A stretch of 52,042 bases of DNA from Parcubacteria group bacterium Gr01-1014_17 (GCA_007376285.1 VMFZ01000002.1:1-52042), one strand, 5' to 3'. Numbered from the stretch's first letter, positions 9,380 to 19,896 are shown. Notes: generated by a model from the letters alone, not told the origin. Translations and numbers: made by a program.

Positions 9380-10585
9380 CTACTTAATCGCCATCCACGA
9401 GACACTCGTAGAGATTGGATCTAAACCTCCACCAAATGCACCGCTGGTAGAGGCATGACCACTGTTATACACCGCAATACTGATAGCGTCATCTGCTGTA
9501 GAAGATGCGCTTACAAGAGAAAGACCGTATTCAAGTTGAGTGGCAGTTATAAATATTCTTTCAGGATTTGTTCCGGCTGTTGTCCTTCCCGTCACACCGG
9601 TTGCCCCTGTGCAACTGACAATTAATGTGGAGCTCGCTTGAATAAAACCTGGATCTAAGGTACAGGCACCAAAACGAATTTGACTCACTGGTGAGCCGTT
9701 AATTCCGAGAATGGCTCCTGCGCTAGAGGTAGTTGTGCCTGTGACGCCAAGACGCACAAACGGAGATGATGATGCGATGCCGACACGCCCATCGTTTCCG
9801 TCAACCATAAGAAACGGAGTGGTGGTTCCCGCGTCGCTGACCGCGAAAATGGGGGTAGAGGCACCGACAGTCCCGCCCACCGCTTCAAATGAAACAAGGG
9901 CCCACGGGGAAGTTGTTCCCACGCCAATCCTGCCACCGGCGTCTATCACAAACGGAGTTGTATCATTCGCACTGTCCTCTGCAAAGAAAGTGTAATTGCT
10001 TCCCGCGTTGGAAAGAAGGAACGCTGTAGCAGAACTATTGCTTGAGGTAGCAACCGATAACGAAGCACCCGGGGTGGAGGTACCGACGCCAAGATTGCCG
10101 CCAATCGTGTAATATATGCCACCGCCGCCAAATACGGAAAGTGGATGCAACGGAGAGGTCGTGCCTACCCCAACATTACCAGATGCATCAATCACAAATG
10201 GGGTGCCGTCATTGGCGCTGTCTTCCGCGTAAAAAGCATAGTTGGAACCAAGGTTTGAGAGGAGGAGCGCGGTCTGAGTTGCCGCAGTACCAGTTGCAAT
10301 CGCGAACGCCGCACCGGGAGTGGTAGTTCCTATACCGATACCGAAGCCACCGCTTATGGTTGAAGTTGCCGTACCGTTACCAAGATTAATGTCATTGCCG
10401 TATATATTGAGATCAGCAGCCAGATGCCCGATTCCGGTAACGGTTAAGGTACCGCCCGTATTAATGTTAGTGCTGATAGTTGTTGCGGCATTGACTGCAG
10501 TTACCACAAAAAGTACGACAAAAACAACCGAAAAAACAACAGAGAACGGACCCCTACTTAAGAGAAGCGTGCGAAATTTCAACAT
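9380..10585 (-). CDS. Surface fibre/adhesin-like protein with G-x-G-T-T-x-P repeats
   Basis: N-terminal TM or signal; several VGVGTTSP-type motifs; duplicated ~64-aa unit containing AEDSAND.TPFVIDA. Confidence 0.7.
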   Translation of the reverse strand: MLKFRTLLLSRGPFSVVFSVVFVVLFVVTAVNAATTISTNINTGGTLTVTGIGHLAADLNIYGNDINLGNGTATSTISGGFGIGIGTTTPGAAFAIATGTAATQTALLLSNLGSNYAFYAEDSANDGTPFVIDASGNVGVGTTSPLHPLSVFGGGGIYYTIGGNLGVGTSTPGASLSVATSSNSSATAFLLSNAGSNYTFFAEDSANDTTPFVIDAGGRIGVGTTSPWALVSFEAVGGTVGASTPIFAVSDAGTTTPFLMVDGNDGRVGIASSSPFVRLGVTGTTTSSAGAILGINGSPVSQIRFGACTLDPGFIQASSTLIVSCTGATGVTGRTTAGTNPERIFITATQLEYGLSLVSASSTADDAISIAVYNSGHASTSGAFGGGLDPISTSVSWMAIK

Positions 10586-10685
10586 ATAATTTTATAAATA
10601 AAGTTAGACCTTCCTAATACCAGACCATAATTTTACATACTGTTTCAAATTATACCGCACTATCTAAAAAATAAAGAAAGTGGGG

Positions 10686-10694
10686 TGTGGATAA
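10686..10694 (-). promoter_or_regulatory. Consensus DnaA box
   Basis: TGTGGATAA (reverse complement TTATCCACA), intergenic. Confidence 0.45.
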
Positions 10695-10711
10695 CTTCTG
10701 GTTTTTACAAT

Positions 10712-12766
10712 TTATTGTTCCTCTTCAATTTTCTTTCTGATATATTCTGCTTTTTCGTACTGCCCCACTCTCTCATACGAATCCGCAAGCCGGTTGTCTA
10801 AAAACATTGTTTCCCCAAAGATTTTCTTCATATACGCGTCGGCTTCAACATATTTGCGCGCGTACACGAGTGAAATAGCATATAACCGTTTGGATTCTAT
10901 GTCCTCGCCGTCGGGTAAGATGTCCGCGGCTTGTTTAAAGATTGTCACCGCTTTATCAAACTTTCCCATATTCAGAAAACTGGTTCCCCATTCATAAAGC
11001 GAGGGTTGTTTGTTCGGTGAAAGGGCTACTGCTTTTTCCAAAAACGGTACAGCGGCGGCATACTGCCGATAGGTGTTGAGCACCGTACCAAGCCGCAAAA
11101 GATATCGCGGGTCGCCGGGCGATTCTGCAATCTGCTGCGATAACTCTTGCGTAACTAATGAGACAATTTTAGCGCGCGATTCATCTTTAAGCGGTACACT
11201 AGAAACATCAACGGCAAATTGTGCGAGCATTTCGCGTGCTTCGGTGGTCGCAAATGTGTTGAGCGAGATGGCGCGGGTAAAATATCCGAGCCGCTCATCC
11301 AGATTGGGAGAGGGGCTCCGAAGCCCAAGATTAATGGCGTGCGCCGCAACGGCGGGTTTTGCGATGGTGAAATAAAAAATAATACTGGCTATAGCACAAA
11401 CCAAGAAAATAAAAAACATCCTCCGATTTTCGGAAGCTCCCCCTTTCAAGGGGGGTTGGGGGGATGTGATTGTGTATTCCGCGAAGCGTTTTTTTGACTC
11501 TGCATACGCCAAAAACGAGAAGAAAATTATTGACGATGTAACTGTATCAAAAGAAAAGATATTAAACGCGGCATATCCTGCAAACATTCCGGAAAGTGCG
11601 ACTTTTTCCCACGAGGAAAAAGCGGCAACGCGGCGACTCCAGACCGCGCGCGCGAGCCCAACCCAAAGCGCGAGGTACGCAAGCAAACCAATACCACCCG
11701 CCTGCACAAGCCAATCAAGATAAGTGTTGTGTGCGCGGTCAAACCATTGTTCCCGCCCATACAAGCGCGGGTCGTAATATTTCACAAAAACAGAGCGATA
11801 CCCTTCGGGACCCCAACCGAACAGCGAACGCTCTTTCGCCCCTTGAAGCGCAATCTTCCATGACAAAAACCGCGCTTCTGCATCTTGTCCGGTGAGTGAA
11901 ATAGAAAGAAGGCGGCCAAGCAATGGATGAGCCGTGGCAGAGGGAATCTGGCGCAAAGCAAAAAATAACCCAACAAAGAGCGCGAGCCCCGCGAGCGCTG
12001 CAATGCTAAACCGCTTTATACTCACACTTTCTTTACAAAGCAAAAATGCCGCGCTTCCGGATACAAAAAGCGCTACGGGAAGCGCGACAAACGCGCTTCT
12101 TGTTCCCGAAGCAAGTGCGAGAAAAACAAACAATGCGGAGCAGGTGGTATACATGAGACGCCGTCGCCGCACCATCTCACCTGAAGCGAGAAAGAGCCCG
12201 AGCCCAGCCGAAAGCAGCATATAAGCGGCAAAAAATGAAGGGTTACCGACGGTTGCATCAATACGCAACACTCCTTGGTGTGTAGGAAGAACACTCACAA
12301 GTTGAAGAAGTGCAATGACGGACACGATGATAGCCGTCCCGATGAAGGTGTTAAAAAAAATCTTCCAAGATTTTTCGTCTAATAAATGGGACGCAGAAAA
12401 GAAAAACGCTGCAAGAAAAAGCGCGCCCACTAATCCGTCCATCCGTTCAAGCGTTGACCAAAATGCCAAAGACGGATATGGCGCGAGCATGGTTGCACTA
12501 CCAATCAAAATTATAAATACAGACATCGCCCATACCAAAAACGAGGAACGCGGCCGAAAGCGCTCGGGCGACTGAACCCATAGCAAAATCCAGCACGCCA
12601 ATGCCATGAGTGCGAGTGCTCGAAAAAAGAAATTCCTACCGCTCGTATAGGGAAACAAAAAACCTAGGTACACCGCGAGCGGAGTAAGCGGAATCAAAAA
12701 CAGAACGCTGACACCAACACGCCGCGTCAACCAAGTCATAGTATTATGATGTGCGAAACCCAGCAT
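10712..12766 (-). CDS. O-antigen ligase (Wzy_C)-like oligosaccharyltransferase with C-terminal TPRs, paralog 1
   Basis: Multi-TM; RIDATVGNP, FGWGPEGY, DRAHNTYLD; TPR tail. Confidence 0.88.
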   Translation of the reverse strand: MLGFAHHNTMTWLTRRVGVSVLFLIPLTPLAVYLGFLFPYTSGRNFFFRALALMALACWILLWVQSPERFRPRSSFLVWAMSVFIILIGSATMLAPYPSLAFWSTLERMDGLVGALFLAAFFFSASHLLDEKSWKIFFNTFIGTAIIVSVIALLQLVSVLPTHQGVLRIDATVGNPSFFAAYMLLSAGLGLFLASGEMVRRRRLMYTTCSALFVFLALASGTRSAFVALPVALFVSGSAAFLLCKESVSIKRFSIAALAGLALFVGLFFALRQIPSATAHPLLGRLLSISLTGQDAEARFLSWKIALQGAKERSLFGWGPEGYRSVFVKYYDPRLYGREQWFDRAHNTYLDWLVQAGGIGLLAYLALWVGLARAVWSRRVAAFSSWEKVALSGMFAGYAAFNIFSFDTVTSSIIFFSFLAYAESKKRFAEYTITSPQPPLKGGASENRRMFFIFLVCAIASIIFYFTIAKPAVAAHAINLGLRSPSPNLDERLGYFTRAISLNTFATTEAREMLAQFAVDVSSVPLKDESRAKIVSLVTQELSQQIAESPGDPRYLLRLGTVLNTYRQYAAAVPFLEKAVALSPNKQPSLYEWGTSFLNMGKFDKAVTIFKQAADILPDGEDIESKRLYAISLVYARKYVEADAYMKKIFGETMFLDNRLADSYERVGQYEKAEYIRKKIEEEQ

Positions 12767-12771
12767 AAGAG

Positions 12772-14997
12772 CTATCTTTTTCTTCTCAATACACCGTTCG
12801 ACGATTGAATGATCTTTATCATACTGTCGGCATCGACTGCGTATTGAGGACTCTTTTTTAGACCTTCTTGTATTTCTTTTATTGCCATTTCTTCAGGATA
12901 TCCGGCGAAAAATAGCGCACCTCCGTAACGGATTTGTGCAAGACCATTATTCGGCTCTATTTTTAATAAGTTACGATATGTGTTAATTAACTCTTCGTCT
13001 TTACCTGCTTCAGTGTATGCCCGAATAATTCGTTCATCAACGACATAGGGGTCAGGGAACAATGGTGGAATTAACACTTTTTTAACTTCAGCTGTATTAC
13101 CGTTGTAGATAAGCCCAACTGCATAAATAATAGCGGCCTCGCGATTTTCCATATTCAACTCGTAGGCGGTTTTGAAGTACGGAACCGCTTCTTGCGCTCT
13201 TCCCACATTCAACCGATTGCCTCCAATTTGGAACAAAAGCGCTTGTTTGTGCGGTGACTGCGCAATGGCGGTCTGCCAATAGGGAAACGCTTGTTTATAC
13301 AACTTAAACGCATCAAGTAGTGACGCCAAAAGCGTGTAGTAGCGCGCATCCGCGGGGCGTTTCTTTATTTCCTTATCAATCTCGCTCGCCGCAACATTCA
13401 GAAACTCCTGCTTCACGGCAACGGGGACTTGTGAAAGTGGTGCTACCGCGGCGGTGACTTGCGCAAGTTGTTCACGAATTTCTGCGTTTGCAAAAGTATT
13501 CAATGCAAGCGCGCGGCGAAACAACGCAAGATTTTCCGAAGGACCTCCTTGGTGTGCGTGAAGCGCTTGCAAAAGCAAGGTACCGGCATACGCGGGACGC
13601 GCATTGAACCAGTACAAAGAAAATGAGAGCACCGCAATAATGGCCGGCGCGCAGGCGCGCGCGACGGCACTCTTTGATGCAAATACGCGCGAGTGAAAGA
13701 GGGGCGCAACTCCTTCCGTTGCACGCGAATAGACATACGCGAGCAACATAAAAAACAAAAAATAACTGGTACCGTTATCAAACACAAACACATTGTTCAC
13801 GGCGTATGCTGTTCCAAAGCCCGCAAAAAGCGCGCGCTCTGCGAAGTCGAAAAGCGGACGACCGCGCGGAGCTTTGGCGCGAAGTATAATTCGTGCGGCA
13901 AAAAACCAGAGCGCAAGATAACCAAAAATTCCAAAAATCCCCCCAGCAATCATCCAGTCAAGATAGGTATTGTGTGCACGGTCAAACCACGCTTCGCGGT
14001 GATACAAACGCGGGTCGTAGTGCTTGTTGAACACAAAATTAAACCCTTCTTGCCCCCAACCAAACAGCGGCCGCTCTGTAAATCCTTTCCACGAAATCTG
14101 CCATATCACAAAACGCGCTTGCGCGTCATCGTTCATTGGAGACGCGGAAAGAATACGACCGAATATCGGATGGTTGCGTAAGTAAGATACTTCCCGTGCC
14201 GTAAAGAATCCGCCGACGGCAAGAAGCGCAAGCACGCATCCCACCATGCCCACGCGCCGAAAGCGAGAAGAGACGCCGCGCGAAAATGCGATGAGCATGG
14301 ACCCTGCGACAAAACCGACAAATAACCCCAGGATTGCGCCGCGCGTTGCGGAAAGAAACACGAGCACCACATTGCCGAGCGCAATCGCCGAAAAACCACC
14401 GACCCACCATGCGTTCTTACCCGCCGTACGCGCATGGTATGCGGTAAGAAGAGCAAAAAAGAGGTGGAACAGCGCATACACGCCAAGGTATATCGCATTG
14501 CCGAAGGTCGCGTCTACACGCACGCCGCCCTGATTTATGTTCAGTACGCCGAAAAATTGAAGCAAAGAATAACCAATTATGAGTACATTTACGCAAAGCG
14601 ACGCGAGCACGAATGTGCGCCATTCTTTTGCGCGAAACATTGCGCCAGCGACGACAAAGTAGAGCGCGAAATGCGCGACGCCTATAAGCCCCTCCATTCG
14701 TTCAAAATTGGACCAGAAACTTTTGTACGGGTCCTCGGCAAGCAGTGTAGATACGCCGAGTGTTACAACAAAAAATAAAACACTCCACAAAAGAGCCGAG
14801 CGGCGCGGGCGATATTCCGGATTTCGGAATGAGAGGATGAGCCACGCGGCGAATGCAATTTCTGCGAGAATCCGAAACGCGAAATTTTTACCGCTAATAA
14901 AAGGGAAAAAAAGCGAATTGGAAACAAAAAGCGGCACAAACACCGCGGCAATAAGTGCGCCTAGAACCGTCCATCGTAATGCTTTATTAAAAGTCAT
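12772..14997 (-). CDS. O-antigen ligase (Wzy_C)-like oligosaccharyltransferase with C-terminal TPRs, paralog 2
   Basis: RVDATFGNA, FGWGQEGF, DRAHNTYLD; TPR tail. Confidence 0.88.
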   Translation of the reverse strand: MTFNKALRWTVLGALIAAVFVPLFVSNSLFFPFISGKNFAFRILAEIAFAAWLILSFRNPEYRPRRSALLWSVLFFVVTLGVSTLLAEDPYKSFWSNFERMEGLIGVAHFALYFVVAGAMFRAKEWRTFVLASLCVNVLIIGYSLLQFFGVLNINQGGVRVDATFGNAIYLGVYALFHLFFALLTAYHARTAGKNAWWVGGFSAIALGNVVLVFLSATRGAILGLFVGFVAGSMLIAFSRGVSSRFRRVGMVGCVLALLAVGGFFTAREVSYLRNHPIFGRILSASPMNDDAQARFVIWQISWKGFTERPLFGWGQEGFNFVFNKHYDPRLYHREAWFDRAHNTYLDWMIAGGIFGIFGYLALWFFAARIILRAKAPRGRPLFDFAERALFAGFGTAYAVNNVFVFDNGTSYFLFFMLLAYVYSRATEGVAPLFHSRVFASKSAVARACAPAIIAVLSFSLYWFNARPAYAGTLLLQALHAHQGGPSENLALFRRALALNTFANAEIREQLAQVTAAVAPLSQVPVAVKQEFLNVAASEIDKEIKKRPADARYYTLLASLLDAFKLYKQAFPYWQTAIAQSPHKQALLFQIGGNRLNVGRAQEAVPYFKTAYELNMENREAAIIYAVGLIYNGNTAEVKKVLIPPLFPDPYVVDERIIRAYTEAGKDEELINTYRNLLKIEPNNGLAQIRYGGALFFAGYPEEMAIKEIQEGLKKSPQYAVDADSMIKIIQSSNGVLRRKR

Positions 14998-14998
14998 A

Positions 14999-15814
14999 TT
15001 ATTTCATTTGTGCCCGAGCTTCTGCGCGATACCCAATAAACATATCCACCAGTTTTGCATTTCCCTGCCGTTCCGCCTCGGCAATCGCTCGGTCGTACTG
15101 TGCGACCGATTCTTCAAACCGCTTCAAATCCGCATACCTTCCCGCAAGCACCGCCATAAGGTCAATAGAACCGGTCTCCAGAATACCTTGTTTGAGCGCG
15201 TCTTCCCACGCATTCGTGCCGAGCTTATACGAATAGCGGTAGAGTTCATACAAACCTCGGTGCCATCCTGGTTGCGTCGGGTCCAATGCAATCGCTTTTT
15301 TGTATGCGGTTTCTGATTTTGTAAAATCTTTCAAGTACAGATGATAGAGAGAACCGAGATTGCCTTGAGGCACCGGTTGCGTCGGCCAAAGCGTTGCAAC
15401 ATACAAAAAAGCATCGCGTGACGCTTCATATCTTTCCAATTGCTTCAATGACATACCAGCAGTAAGCCACGCATCGTAGTTTGTTGGATTGTTTTTGAGT
15501 GAATCTTGCGCGTTTGTTAAATTAGAAAGTATCAATTTTTCGTAGTCATTTTTTGCAACAATACCGGCAACCAGCGCATCCAAATTCGGTGCTTGAGGAA
15601 CGGAAACTACTTGCGGTAAGGGGATGGATTGCACTTTATATCCGCCTCCCGATGGGTCGTTGATTGATACTTCTGGTACTGTAGTGGATGCAAGTGTACC
15701 GTTTGATTCTACAATCGGCTCCTGCTGGTTTTTTCCACGCATGATTAAATACTGAACAAAAGCGGCGAAAAATAACACAAAAACGCCTAAGGTAATTTTC
15801 CATTGTATTTTCAT
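14999..15814 (-). CDS. Membrane-anchored TPR protein
   Basis: N-terminal TM; TPR motifs (NLGSLY..AYKKAIALDP). Confidence 0.8.
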   Translation of the reverse strand: MKIQWKITLGVFVLFFAAFVQYLIMRGKNQQEPIVESNGTLASTTVPEVSINDPSGGGYKVQSIPLPQVVSVPQAPNLDALVAGIVAKNDYEKLILSNLTNAQDSLKNNPTNYDAWLTAGMSLKQLERYEASRDAFLYVATLWPTQPVPQGNLGSLYHLYLKDFTKSETAYKKAIALDPTQPGWHRGLYELYRYSYKLGTNAWEDALKQGILETGSIDLMAVLAGRYADLKRFEESVAQYDRAIAEAERQGNAKLVDMFIGYRAEARAQMK

Positions 15815-15840
15815 ACCTTTATTTTAACTTTTTTTGCACA

Positions 15841-15872
15841 AAAAAACAACCCCCTTTTGGGGGTTGTTTTTT
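15841..15872. terminator. Intrinsic terminator downstream of the S-layer-like gene (bidirectional shape)
   Basis: aaaaaacaaccccc-tttt-gggggttgtttttt. Confidence 0.85.
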
Positions 15873-15916
15873 AGACCCTCCGACTGAAGCGTCGGAGCAC
15901 AAGTGGTCTATTCCGT

Positions 15917-18900
15917 TTAGAGCGCTTTGTCGCTCAAGGTTTGCGGAGTCAGGTTGCTGGTTGGCAATCCTGCTACGCCATACCCGTTCAAGAAGTCGTT
16001 CGCAAGGGCGCCGGCCGTAATCGTTGTTTGCGTTGTCGTTGAGTACGGACTCCAGATGAAGTTGTCAGCACCCGCCAGTCCTGAGTTCACGAAGAATGTT
16101 GATGTTGCGAGGAATGAACCGTAGGTGGTCAAACTGCCGCTAGTCGGCGTTGAGGTCGCACCCGAGTATTCCGCAATATTAGCATAGAACTTCGTATCAC
16201 CCTGCAACTGTGTCGTTACCGAATAGGTCGTACCTGCTCCAGAGAGTGTCACATCACCGATAACTTCAAAGTACCGTGTGCCGCCCGCTGGAATTTGAAC
16301 CGTCGTAGACGCGTTCCCAGCGGTTTCCGCATAGATTTCAATGTCAGTTGAAGCGCTCGCCCACAAAGTGGGATTCATTGTTTTGTCGGTCGCCATAAGG
16401 GTACCGTCGGTCTGAATTCCGGAAACTATTCCTGTAAAGTCGGGATTAAGGAACGCGCGGACATTGATGTTATCCACCAAGTCGGCAATCACTGTCGCTG
16501 AAGATGTCGCGAACCGGAAAGTCAACTTGTTGATACCGATTGGACCCTTCGGAGAAGCAGTGATGCTGAATCTGTAGAGCGGCTTGTCAGAAGATGCGGT
16601 AAGCGAGGTACCGGTCGGAAGCGAAATATACTTCACCGTTGGTGTTGATTTCACGACGCGGAAGCCCGCTGATGCCGTATCGGAGCTCGTGCCACCGAGC
16701 GTCTTAGTTCCGCTCTGTGAGCCGGTACCAGCAACGCCTCCAAAACCAGTTGAAGCCGCGGATGTCCGAGTCGCCTCAAAGTCAACCGCAAGGAATGCGC
16801 CCGGAGTACCTGGTTGGCTGGTGCCTTGCGCTGCAAGGTCAACTTTGACCGTCAGGTCTTTATAGGCATCTTTGTCAACAATGAACTGAGAGCATCCTGC
16901 GCAAGTACTGACCGTTGTGGACGCCGTATTGTAATACGCGCCGGTCACAAAGGTCGCTTCGCCAACTTTATTCGCGCCGTCCCAGAGCGTCACTTTACCG
17001 CCACCCAAATCAGAGATTGAGCTAGACGCCTTTGCTGTTAACTGGAGCGCGATGTCGTTGATGCGCACCGCTTCGTTCGTTGCGCGAATGCGCAATACGC
17101 TTGCCACATAATCGGTCGTACCAGCCGCGGCAAGGGTATACGACGGGCTGTCTGCGGAGAGCTCAACCGTGAGCGAACCGCTGCTGGTTACCGTAATGGT
17201 CTGTCCGGCATTCGTATTCTCAGTAATCGTTACGGACGAACCGGATACCTTTCCGTTCGCGGTCGGAGATGATGCGTCGTTATAGCCGAACGAGAATGAA
17301 CCTGAGGTAATTGAAGACGGAATGTTGCACTTTGCCGCGAGCGTTAGCACCGTTCCTTTCGGAATCGTAAGCGTTGTGTCAAAGGTAAACGCTTGGCTAT
17401 TAGCATCACCTGCCGGGTCAACAGTGTTGGTTCCAGTTGTGAGCTGTGTTGAACCGTTGTAGAGGTTACAGCTCGTTACATTTGTGGAACCGCTGACCAA
17501 TTCATAGTCAAGTGGAAGTGAGTTCAAAGTCACATCCTCGCCTGAACTGATCGCAGACAACTGAATGTTTGCGAAGGTAAATTGCTGTGCGCCAGCGACA
17601 ATGGTCTGCGCCGACGGGCTTGAAGACACGCTAATCGCCAACGCCGCGGTCTTCACCGTCATGGTGCTTAATGCTACCGACGACGAGGTCATAGACGATG
17701 TTGAAATCGTCTTGCCTGTCACTTGACCGGTCACTGTAGTCCATGCCGTTGATGGCGTAAATGCAACTGCCACCGTGCCGTCTGAACCGAACCCTGAACC
17801 AACTTTTCCTTTCAATGTGTAGACCTTCTTGCCTACACCGTAGAGAATCGTATCACCCAAGGTCAAGGTGCCGGTGTGTCCAACATCTGCCGGACCAGCA
17901 ACCACCGTGCCATTTTCGTCAACGAGCGTTACATTGGTGATTTGCGCGTCGCCTCCAGCAGTCGCGCTACCGGTCGTCGTAAAGGTAAACGCGCTGGACG
18001 CAACCGTAATCGGCTCACCCTTCGTTTCTACAGAAAAACCACCGAGCGGTTGTCCTGCAAGTGTTACGGCAATGTTTGCCGCCGCAACTGATGTGGCATT
18101 CTGAATCGTGAGAGATCCTGTATCAACCGTTACGGTCTTGCCCGCGTACCAAATGGTGCCGCTGGTAAAACCCGTACCTGATGTCGGAGGCGTAATGCCG
18201 TATTTGTAGGTCTCACCCGTAATATAGATATCCGTGGTCTTTTCAATGTTAAACGCAACGGTGCGCCCAGAACCACCTACAATATCTCCCTTTAGGGAGA
18301 TTTCTTTGTTGAGGCCCTTCGCAATCACAATACCGCTTCCAAAGTTTGATGTGTAGTACTTTCCGTCTGAGGAAACTGTGGTTGGGTATGAAGTCCCGTC
18401 AACAATCGTCACGATATTCGCAAGGTCGGATGAACCAGCGGAAGACGCCTGATTCCACCGAATTGAGTGAATGCGTATGTCTTCTTGCGAGCCATCCGTA
18501 ACTTGGATAGCCGAGAATGTGTACCCTGTGATACCAACATTCTTGCTTGCCGCCGCATTCGGGTCAAGCGAACCTCGTTGGTTCGTTACAGAGCCGAGCG
18601 CCAGCGTTGAGTTGATGGTATGCGCCGCGCCGGTAATCGGGAGCGAGCCCGAAACCGCCGCAGAGGTGTTCACCGCAAGCAGTTTAAGGCTTGAGATTTC
18701 GCCCGCGCGCGCATCGTTGTTTGCCGCCATGTTGCCGGCAATCGTGTAGGTTTTTGAGGTGCCGGCTTTTATCGTAAACGCTTCGCCGAGCGTTGCTTGA
18801 TGATTGGAATTAAAGGTCTTGGAAACGCCGATTTGGGTGCCGTCCTCGCCAAGGAGAATGACGCCGCTAAACACTGCGTCACCCGCCAAAGCCGTGTGTT

Positions 18901-19573
18901 CAATTGTCAGGTTATTCACCGCCACATCGCCTGAACCGGCCGTGAGGGTGAACTTCGTAAACGGAACGCGCGCCGCGTTTTCAGGCGCGAGACCTGACGC
19001 TGGCTGTTGCGGAGAAGATACTACAAGTCCTGAGCCAGCCGGAACGGTTACCGTTGTGGTAGTCCCACCAGTTGTCGTGGTTGTAGTTGTCCCACCAGCT
19101 GAATTAACTTTTGCTCGAGTTGCAGGGCCGAAATATCCGACTGCTGGCGAAAGGCCGCTGGCTGCTTGATATTTCGCAACTGCTGAACGAGTCGCCGGAC
19201 CGAAGTAAGTTGACTCACTGCCAACAGAACCCGGACCGGACGCCGCTACAACATATCCTTTACTATTAAGAAACTTCTGAAGATCCTTCACATCGCTTCC
19301 AGTAGAACCTACCGTCAGATTACGAGTAAAGGTGGTGCTTGCAGTTGTCCCCGTTGAAGGAGAAGAAACTGCGGTGCGAGCTTGTGCCGCCTTGTCGGGA
19401 GAAATGATACCCAAGCTGATGAAAAGTTCCACCAGGTCTTTGAGCGTCATACTCTGTGCATTCGCAACTTGTACGAATGCTCCGGCAAAGAGAACCGCCG
19501 CCACTCCCACACCAACCAATCCTACCGCAAGCCATTTTGTCTTGGATGTATAAATGGTATTCATAAATAACAT
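15917..19573 (-). CDS. Large S-layer-like surface protein with N-terminal PG-binding domain
   Basis: Signal peptide; FTRNLTVGSTGSDVKDLQKFLN..YFGPATR; ~1000 aa of Ser/Thr/Gly/Ala-rich beta-type sequence; long leader and strong terminator. Confidence 0.8.
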   Translation of the reverse strand: MLFMNTIYTSKTKWLAVGLVGVGVAAVLFAGAFVQVANAQSMTLKDLVELFISLGIISPDKAAQARTAVSSPSTGTTASTTFTRNLTVGSTGSDVKDLQKFLNSKGYVVAASGPGSVGSESTYFGPATRSAVAKYQAASGLSPAVGYFGPATRAKVNSAGGTTTTTTTGGTTTTVTVPAGSGLVVSSPQQPASGLAPENAARVPFTKFTLTAGSGDVAVNNLTIEHTALAGDAVFSGVILLGEDGTQIGVSKTFNSNHQATLGEAFTIKAGTSKTYTIAGNMAANNDARAGEISSLKLLAVNTSAAVSGSLPITGAAHTINSTLALGSVTNQRGSLDPNAAASKNVGITGYTFSAIQVTDGSQEDIRIHSIRWNQASSAGSSDLANIVTIVDGTSYPTTVSSDGKYYTSNFGSGIVIAKGLNKEISLKGDIVGGSGRTVAFNIEKTTDIYITGETYKYGITPPTSGTGFTSGTIWYAGKTVTVDTGSLTIQNATSVAAANIAVTLAGQPLGGFSVETKGEPITVASSAFTFTTTGSATAGGDAQITNVTLVDENGTVVAGPADVGHTGTLTLGDTILYGVGKKVYTLKGKVGSGFGSDGTVAVAFTPSTAWTTVTGQVTGKTISTSSMTSSSVALSTMTVKTAALAISVSSSPSAQTIVAGAQQFTFANIQLSAISSGEDVTLNSLPLDYELVSGSTNVTSCNLYNGSTQLTTGTNTVDPAGDANSQAFTFDTTLTIPKGTVLTLAAKCNIPSSITSGSFSFGYNDASSPTANGKVSGSSVTITENTNAGQTITVTSSGSLTVELSADSPSYTLAAAGTTDYVASVLRIRATNEAVRINDIALQLTAKASSSISDLGGGKVTLWDGANKVGEATFVTGAYYNTASTTVSTCAGCSQFIVDKDAYKDLTVKVDLAAQGTSQPGTPGAFLAVDFEATRTSAASTGFGGVAGTGSQSGTKTLGGTSSDTASAGFRVVKSTPTVKYISLPTGTSLTASSDKPLYRFSITASPKGPIGINKLTFRFATSSATVIADLVDNINVRAFLNPDFTGIVSGIQTDGTLMATDKTMNPTLWASASTDIEIYAETAGNASTTVQIPAGGTRYFEVIGDVTLSGAGTTYSVTTQLQGDTKFYANIAEYSGATSTPTSGSLTTYGSFLATSTFFVNSGLAGADNFIWSPYSTTTQTTITAGALANDFLNGYGVAGLPTSNLTPQTLSDKAL

Positions 19574-19866
19574 AAATAACTAATTAAGTAACTGAATAAT
19601 TTTCTTCACGGTATTTATTAATAAAAACAATAATGCCGGAAGAAAAACTATATTTTTTTCTATAAACCGCGACTGCGGAACGCGCGCGTTCGACGCGCAC
19701 ACGCTCAAAGCGGTTTGGCATCCAGCCCTTACAGTAAGGGCTGGATCCAACTCTCTTTTTCTTTTTTCTGTCATCGCCAACAGAAATAAAAAGAGCTTGT
19801 TGGTTTGATAAAGTACCGTAACAAACATATGCGCTTATGAGTTTAACCTTATAGCGCAATGTATCT

Positions 19867-19896
19867 ATCCTATACTACCTACTATGAAGTTGTCAA
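19867..19896 (-). promoter_or_regulatory. Promoter for the S-layer-like gene
   Basis: TTGACA-18 nt-TAGGAT about 290 nt upstream of the start. Confidence 0.5.
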
